A DNA stretch of 64,000 nucleotides from Coniocarpon cinnabarinum (lineage: Eukaryota), in NCBI GenBank assembly GCA_051942205.1, contig JAVECO010000044.1, forward strand, positions 1 to 64,000, in the 5' to 3' direction. Shown here piece by piece: positions 56,801 to 64,000 of the stretch (position 1 is its first letter; every line of letters starts with the position of its first letter). A program made the position numbers and the translations under genes. The notes below the pieces were generated by a model. That model had not been told where the DNA came from. It saw only the letters and a list, made by a program, of their open reading frames with translations, and searched no databases.

Positions 56801-58689
56801 CGCAAAGTTGAGTTACTGGACTTGCAGTCGCGCCTCAAGCTCCGCCAGGAGATGAGCAAGGTTGAGCTCAACTTGACGCAGTGGGGTCGTGAACTCATTC
56901 ACAGTGGCCAACTGCAGCGTGAGGGGAATACACGGTTTACTTGGCTTGATATCCAAGCCATACTGCTTGACAACTTTTTGATACTTGCCAAGAAACTTCC
57001 CGTCCGAGATGGGAAGCCCGAGCTATATGATGTCTCCAAGATGCCAATTCCAATGGAGCTGCTAGTGCTCGAGTCAGCAGACGAGGACCCTGTTGTCCGG
57101 TCGTCAATGAAGGGTGTTTCAACGGTGAACACCACGAATACGACCAATGCCAGATCAAACTCCATCACACCGCGACCAGTGGTGCAGAGCTCAAACAGTG
57201 GCAGTTCTTTGCAGCAGGTGACTTCCGCCAGTTCAAATCAGCTTACCACAACAACTTCCATCGACCAGAGCCAAAGCGAAAAGACGCTGTATCCTTTCAA
57301 GATCAAGCATCTAGGTAAAGAAGTGTTCACTCTCTACACGCCCAGTGCTTCAAACCGAAGAGAATGGTGTGACAAAATAATTGAAGCCAAGACGAAGCAT
57401 GCAGCCTCACTCTTCTCACAGGACGCAGAACCTTTCAAGCTCAACGTCATAGCAGACGCTGCTTTCGCCTATGATAGTAGCACCACCTCCCAGAAGATGA
57501 TTACCATCAAGGGTACGCCGTTGGTACGGGCACTGGAAGATGTCGAAAGCCGCTACAAGTCCGCTGGACGTCCTGCTCCAATTTGTCGTGCCCGTGTCAA
57601 TTGTGCCACCTCCTTCACGCAGCAGAATGGCCTGGAGATGATCGCCATAGGCACCGAATACGGTGTCTATCTTTCCGAAGCAGGTAACCCTCGCGGCTGG
57701 ACACGAGTATGTTATTGCCCTTCTTTCCATGCATTCCTCTGCATTCACAAGCACTGACACTATCCTAGGTGATCCCCATCCCACGCGTGACCCAAATCGC
57801 TGTCCTCGAGGACTTCTCTTTACTACTCCTCATCTCTGACAAATCCCTCATCGCCTACCACCTCGACGTCGTCACCACCGCCACCGCCTCTTCCACCGCC
57901 TCGACCACCGACTCCATCAAGAAATCCCCGCAGAAGCTCTCCGGCTCTAAAGACGTCGGCTTCTTCACTGTCGGCCGTATGAAAGACCGTACGCTGCTCT
58001 TCTATGAGAAGCGCGAATCCCGCACCACCATCTTTAAGATTCTTGAACCGGTCTACCAAAAGAGCTCAGCGCCGAGTACCCGCGCCGGTCGCCTGTTTCG
58101 AGGCCACACCGACTTCTTCCGTGACTATGACGACTTTTACATTCCCGCGGACTGCACGGCTCTGGACTTATTCAGTAATTCCCTCGCCGTCGCGACGTCG
58201 AAGGGGTTTGAAGTCCTGGGGCTGGATAAGAAGACGGCGTGGTCGGTTCCGGACCTGACACAACAGCATGTCCAAACTATGGCGACCCGTTTGCGCGATA
58301 TGCTCCCCGTTGCTATGTTCCGCCTCGCGGCCGATGGGTCGGAACTCCTCTGCGTCTACGAAGAATGCGCCGTCTATGTTAATAAATTCGGCGACGTGAA
58401 TCGCGCGGTCATCATGGAGTTTGTGGGGCGGGCGCGGCAGGCGAGCTTGGTGGGCGGGTATCTGGTGCTGTTTGACTCGGATTTCGTGGAGGTCCGCGAC
58501 GCGATCAGTGGGCGGTTGAAGCAGGTCGTGGCGGGGAGAGATGTGCGCTGTCTGGATAACGGACGCGGGCAGGCGGGCGTGACGAATGCGGGGATGCAAC
58601 GGAGCGTGAAGTTTGCGTTGCAGCATCCGGAGAATGAGAAAAGTCAGATTGTGGTTGAGTTGGCGTTGAATGAGTCGAGGCGGAATTGA
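53870..58689 (+). CDS. rgf3: Rho GEF with DH-PH-CNH domains, Rgf3/Tus1/Rom2 family (Rgf3-like); exons 53870-57706, 57769-58689
   Basis: Pro/Ser/Tyr-rich N-terminus (MSGPPLPPR), GVLYQLTGRGCYS..GRCYSYHC, DH domain (ERQNNLHEVVQSE...YLKAPITKIQRYSLLL), PH domain (ILLDNFLILAK..PIPMELLVLE) and CNH domain (VTQIAVLEDFSLLLLISDKSLIAY). Intron GTATGT..CTGAC..TAG at 57707-57768. Confidence 0.9.
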
Positions 58690-59287
58690 GCAAGCAGGTG
58701 AGTCATGAAGCGCCTCGACGACGCAGCAAAGCAAGAAGGGTAGTAAGGAGATGGAAGGGCTCAGATGAGGTCTACGTACCTCGACTGGCTACGGTGAATG
58801 TAGAATCACACGATTAGGAAAAGGTAAATGGAGGGAATCGGGACAGAGCTATGATCTTCATTTACACAGATGAGGATGGTTAGGAGCGATATCACAGCGC
58901 GGCGTTGCGCTGCGCTGGGTTCATCTGAGTGAGGGAAAATATTCAAGCTAGGAGTGTATGCGTCATGACATGTTTGACTGTTTAGCAAGTGAAATAGCTG
59001 TCTGATATCGATACCACATGGGAACTGCCAAATATCAGGCAGATAGCGTTATGAATTCCAAAGATTTGTTCATCACATTCAGAATCAGACCTGGAATCGA
59101 GTTCCTTGTATGTTCTATTTCAAAACTCTCGGGAAGAAGTAAAGAGGTAATTATGTACAGTGCAGTAAATCTACCAACGCCACGCTCCTTGAAATCAGAC
59201 CTGTTTGGGTTCGGGGTATCATGAAACATTTCGAGCACAAGCGCAGTCGCCTGGCTCTTCGTTTGGGTTCTGTGAGGTGAGTCCTGT

Positions 59288-61800
59288 TCACGCCGCGCTG
59301 ACGCTACTTCTCATGCTTTCGACGGGACTTTCGCCCAGACATTTCGTGACGCTTTCGTAGTCGTCGCCTGCTTCACTGATTTTGCTCGCGATGCTGGCGC
59401 TGACACTGGCGATGGGAAGACTCGTGGCTGCAAGCGAGGTGCTATCAGTGCCGGTGTCACCTGGAACGGTCGTACCAGACGCTGAGAGACTTGAAATACT
59501 TTCCGTAGCGGCGAGGATGGGTTGTTGAAACGACTCGGCTTGGCTGCCGAGCGAGTCGCTCTCCACCGATAAACGGGATGAGGCTGATGACGAAGCTGAT
59601 GCTCCTGATTTTGACGCAGACGAACTAGATGACGCCACAGTGTTGCTGGCGTCTGAAGCAGCTGAAGCACCCACCGATGCAGCGTCCGAACTCGAAGCTT
59701 TCAAGGAATTCGCAATCATTGACGCCTTCGATGAGGCTTTCGAAGAGGCAGACGATGATTTACGTGAGCCTGACGACGAGAGGATGGAATCGGTAGCCGA
59801 TGATCCCTCTGACGAAGCAGAGGAGACGGCGTCGCGAATGGGGCTGACGAGGGAAGAAGCTCGATCTCTGGCTCTGTGCGCAGCGGTGTCGCCTGCTTCA
59901 GCGACAGAATGCGCAGCGTCCCCTGCGCGCGAGAAGATACTCTCAGCTGTGCCCTTAGGTGTCTCACCTTGGACGGCTTCCTGCGCCCTACCTCTCGCTT
60001 GCTGCGCTGCTCTTGCCGTGGCAGGAGGCGTATATCTCGTACTGAAATCATCACTTCCATCACGCGCGTCAATCTTCCAATTCGCCACTTCTTTCAGCCT
60101 AGCCAACTCCTTCGCCGCGTCCTCTGCGACCGCCATGCCTCGACTCTCAACCTCTTCGGCGGCTTTCTGTGCCCGTGCAGGCGCATCATGCGCACCCACT
60201 ACATTTTGTAACGTATCACGCCATTCGTCAAAAGATTTGCGGAGGGCATGATACTCCGCCCAGTCTTTGTACGTGACGCCTTCCATGCTAGCCCAGCGCA
60301 TGCCAATCTCCTGTAGGCCTGCCTCGCGGATGCTATCGACGACGTCAAGGGTGGAGTCGGCGGCGGACGAAATGAGGTCTTGCGTTTCCTCATTGTAGGA
60401 GCGGCGCCATGAGCGGAGTTTCTGAGCGTGATCTTTGATCTTCGTGCCGGCGGATCGAACAGCATCCCGGGCGCGGTCTTTCGCGTCAGATGCATCGGAG
60501 GATCTTGAGGCGTCGGATACACCTGTTGGGAGAGAATCAATGATGGAGATCACGTCGGACTTCAGGGAGGCAATGGCGAATTTGGCGGTCTCTTCAAGGG
60601 ATGTGACGAGAGCTTCGCCGGTGCCTTGGATTTGCTCTGAGATTTGCCGATCGCAGATTTCCGCGACGCGATCTTGGAGCCCTTCCGCACCCTCTTTGGC
60701 TGCGCGATTGAATTTGTTCTTCCAGACTTGCAGATCGTCCAGGAGATTTTCAGGGGCGGCGGTCGAAGATCGTTTGACCAACGAAGATGAAGTTGAGGAC
60801 ATGGTCGACGATTTCAAGTCTTCAGAGGCATTTGAAATAGTCGGAGCTGAGGCATCTGAGGCTTTTGTGGACGAGCTGGGTGATGTCGCGGATGAATGAG
60901 GAGCCGCCAAAGGCTCATTGTCGGTGTCGATGACTGCTTCGATGCTTTTACTGTCTCGATAGTTCGAAAGCCTTTCGCGGATCTTTGTGAGTTGTGGCTG
61001 CACATTTTCGCCATACAGGATACGGATTGGCGGCCAGACCCTTCGCTGGAAGAAAGTTACAGTGTTAGTAGCCGCCCAATACCCATATGGAATGCCCACT
61101 TCCGTGGTGAAGCGTGAGCCTCGCTCGTAAGCTTGAATGGCATACGGTCGGGCACTGTCATAGGCCGGAAGGATTACAGTTTCGTACTGTTTGCCGGCTA
61201 CATCGCGAACGTTGCTGTAATATGGCTCCACAATGAGCGCAACCTTGTCGACCTGTGGTCCCAGAGAGCTATGATATAACTCTATGACCTTAAGTCGCCC
61301 CAACTCCAGCTGTGGCTTGATAGTTGCTTCCCATTCCTCAAGGCTATAGGACTTGGCCTGTTCTAAGCGCGGTGCTCCGTACAGCTCATAATTTTTCTGT
61401 GCAAAACTGTAGGACGGCAGTAGCACAGTGTGATATGCTTGGTCGGTATATGGTCGTATTCCATCCACATAAGGAGCGGCATATGCATCGTAGTATGGCT
61501 TTGCGTAGGGGTTGACAATATCTCGAGCTTGGAAGTAGGGTCGACATATTCGAGGAGAGGCGTCGTCTAAGTCACCCAATGACGCAGGACATCGAAATAA
61601 CACAGTAAATATGCTAAACCATAATGACAATCTGTGCCACTAATTTGTCAGCATAAATTCCCTGCTCTATGCATTCAATGGCAGCACCTCAGGGCATTAC
61701 TAAGAATCCATCTGGGCCATGATCGTCTGGCTCGCGATCTTCTTGGTTTTGCAAGAGTACCGGAGCCAGTTCGCTCAACAGCGGACCCGTTTGCGTTCAT
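59288..61800 (-). CDS. Fungal membrane-anchored helical protein of unknown function; exons 61800-61688, 61631-59288
   Basis: ATG at 61800 (MNANGS...RWILSNALR|LSLWFSIFTVLFRCP) with intron 61687-61632 (GT..GCTGAC..CAG). Apolipoprotein-like PYY/PYV helical repeats, LQEIGMRWASMEGVTYKDWAEYHAL and a Ser/Ala-rich tail. From memory this family is often auto-annotated 'transcription factor hoxa13', but no homeodomain is visible. Confidence 0.82.
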
Positions 61801-62441
61801 GCTTTGCGTGTATCCGTGGACCCTCGCAAATGTGCGAGTTGACGCAGGTCAACTTTTGAGACCAGCTGTCAACGCGTTAGTGACGCGTCCGGAGGCAGTT
61901 GCTGGTCGGACGAGACAGGATTGTAGCAGCTCCAAACCAGCAGGGGCTTAATTCTGCAAGGTCTGACGATCCAGTCAGACGCAGAAACAATCACAAAATT
62001 ACAAGCGAAGAGCAAAGCTGGCAGACGAGATGAAGAGTGGGCAAGACCAAGCAGGCTAGCGCCAAAGATGTCGCGTGTCAAGATGGACATGTGAAAAGTG
62101 ACGTACCCGCTTTGGGTACTTTGTTCGAGGTTACTAAGTATACATTTGATTCGCGTAGAGGGTTGTAAACATCTTGAACAACGGCCTCTTCCCATTGCCG
62201 ACATTCTTTTGCGCGTCCCAGTCATTCTTCTCCACTGCGAACCCTCTTCCGCCCTTCATATTGGCTGGGAGCAATCGCCGGCCGCTCACACGCCCCTGGC
62301 CTGCTGTTTTCAGTCCTACGCCTCTTTAAACACCGAGCTGAAGTCTCATCACCAGATACAAGATCGCCAAAAATCTTACTTCCACAGACTCTCATGCGAT
62401 AACATTGGTGCAGGGAGCCAAACTCCCGTTCGCGACCCATC

Positions 62442-64000
62442 ATGACTGAATCCTCCCCGACCCCGAAACCGTCACTGCAACGCAGTTCGACGATGGACGG
62501 CAAAGACGACTCTAACCTCTGCCGAATATGTCGAGGAGAAGCTACCGATCAAGAGCCCTTGTTCCATCCGTGCAAATGCAGCGGCAGTATCATGTACGTG
62601 CACCAAGAGTGCTTGATGGAATGGCTGTCACATTCTCAAAAAAAGCATTGTGAACTATGCAAGACATCATTTCAGTTCACAAAGCTCTACTCTCCCGAAA
62701 TGCCTGAAAGACTCCCACTTGGCATCTTCCTCCGGAGAGCAGCTGTACACACCGTGCAAAATGTCATGCTGTGGATGCGGGGAGGCTTCGTCGCGTGTAC
62801 ATGGGCTATCTGGCTTCCTTGGACAATGCGATTTGTTTGGTGGGGTCTTTTTTGGCTGGCCGACGTAGGATGGGTTAAAGACCCACACACATACTCGCGC
62901 AATGTTACGGAAATCGCCACGGCCGCATCGCCAGCCGACACGTCAATCGTGCAGGCGAACGCAACCGCGACTGACGCTAATCTAGCTCTGCTGGGAGAGG
63001 TGCTCAAAGGCCCTGTTATTCTCAGGATGACCTCGTACATGTTGCGGTCCTTGGTGACTACACCGGGTAGAGGTGTCCTAAACGACCTTACTCCGGACAA
63101 CCATATGCAGACTTACGTTTTCGGCAGCAACAACTCTACTTCACTGGCGGAACGCGGCACAATTCTTTCAGGCGTCCACTTCCTGAACTCACTCACTCCC
63201 AGTGTAGTTGCCAATCGTGTCATCATTGATGTGCTGGAAGGTCAGATCATCACCCTGGCGCTCGTAGGGCTCATCATTCTCGTCTTGTTGATAAGGGAGT
63301 GGGTGGTGCAGCAGCAACCAATCGTCAACGCTGTGAACGACAACGAGGACGTTAGACAAGCTCTTCAGAGACATGCTCGTGAAGGCGAGCGGCCACAACG
63401 ACATCGCCCTCGCCCTGGTCGCCGACGGACAAGCACAATCCTACGCGATACCGACAACCTTGTCAAAGTGATTCTTGAAGAACAAGCGCAACAGGATGCT
63501 GTACGTCCCGATCTAGCAAAGGCGGAGATGAATTATATACGCAGACTTCATACCACAGTCGCTTCCAAGCGCAAAGTCTTCCTCACGATTGATACAACAC
63601 GTGCACTGGCTGAGCCTCTGGACAATGACAAGCAGCATTCTGTACTCAACGAGGTCAACGAGACATTCCATGCATTGCGTTGGACGTATGCAGACGCCGT
63701 TGGTAACGAGGACCTGGACAAGCTCAAATCGCTCAGAACTGCACTACGTCTCTACCGTAAAACATTGGACATTCTGCCGTATGAACTCACCGCGTCAACA
63801 AGAAAAGATACAGAAGAGATGAAAGCATCGCTCAAAAGCATGATGAAGGTGTTCAAGCTCAAGCACTCGATAGACAATGGGTTTGGGACACCAAGACCAC
63901 CCCCCGCAAACAGAAGCTTGCTTGATGCGCCGCAAACTACGGCCTCCGAGCTCACGCCAGTCCCTCAGGAGCCTGAGGACCGAGACCAGACTTCAACAAG
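62442..64000 (+). CDS. DOA10: ERAD RING-CH E3 ubiquitin ligase Doa10/Ssm4 (5' part; runs off the window)
   Basis: From the ATG at 62442: CRICRGEATDQEPLFHPCKCSGSIMYVHQECLMEWLSHSQKKHCELCKT (RINGv), then WLPWTMRFVWWGLFWLAD and DVLEGQIITLALVGLIILVLLIREWVVQQQP. Absent from the ORF track, consistent with having no stop in the window. Confidence 0.95.
   Translation, partial: MTESSPTPKPSLQRSSTMDGKDDSNLCRICRGEATDQEPLFHPCKCSGSIMYVHQECLMEWLSHSQKKHCELCKTSFQFTKLYSPEMPERLPLGIFLRRAAVHTVQNVMLWMRGGFVACTWAIWLPWTMRFVWWGLFWLADVGWVKDPHTYSRNVTEIATAASPADTSIVQANATATDANLALLGEVLKGPVILRMTSYMLRSLVTTPGRGVLNDLTPDNHMQTYVFGSNNSTSLAERGTILSGVHFLNSLTPSVVANRVIIDVLEGQIITLALVGLIILVLLIREWVVQQQPIVNAVNDNEDVRQALQRHAREGERPQRHRPRPGRRRTSTILRDTDNLVKVILEEQAQQDAVRPDLAKAEMNYIRRLHTTVASKRKVFLTIDTTRALAEPLDNDKQHSVLNEVNETFHALRWTYADAVGNEDLDKLKSLRTALRLYRKTLDILPYELTASTRKDTEEMKASLKSMMKVFKLKHSIDNGFGTPRPPPANRSLLDAPQTTASELTPVPQEPEDRDQTST

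Noticed and set aside
20761..58689. Myosin II and the Rgf3-type GEF as a cytokinesis gene cluster
   Set aside because: They are about 28 kb apart with many unrelated genes between them; there is no evidence beyond co-location.

Overview
Gene-dense window of a filamentous ascomycete (Pezizomycotina-type) nuclear genome: short GT-AG introns with CTRAY branch sites, and no tRNA, rRNA, CRISPR or recognisable transposon. It carries about 20 single-copy genes: mitochondrial ABCB half-transporter (Mdl1-like), kelch membrane protein, GH39-like hydrolase, SDR, epoxide hydrolase, BIM1/X325-like His1 copper protein, SRR1 protein, class II myosin, DNA polymerase eta, CCDC47-like protein, PPR protein, Rgf3-type Rho GEF, the 5' part of the Doa10 E3 ligase and several hypotheticals. 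The standout is a head-to-tail array (about 37.98-42.0 kb) of six divergent paralogues of a ~120-150 aa protein family I do not recognise. Its shared signature is Q/E-x-A/V-L-[ND]-Y-V-x-x-I-L ... W-Y ... F-x-A-L ... W-x-x-W ... G-L-A-A-L-E-F-L-x-L. The flanking DNA is co-duplicated; four copies are intact, one is frameshifted and one carries a frameshift plus a stop, a birth-and-death pattern. Other observations: a myosin II tail that is short and internally duplicated, a 133-bp and a 26-bp degenerate tandem repeat, two small genes reconstructed by hand in a gene-poor block, an E-box triplet, a dense palindrome cluster and a recurring C-rich to G-rich switch along coding segments. All family assignments come from motif recognition by eye; no searches were run.
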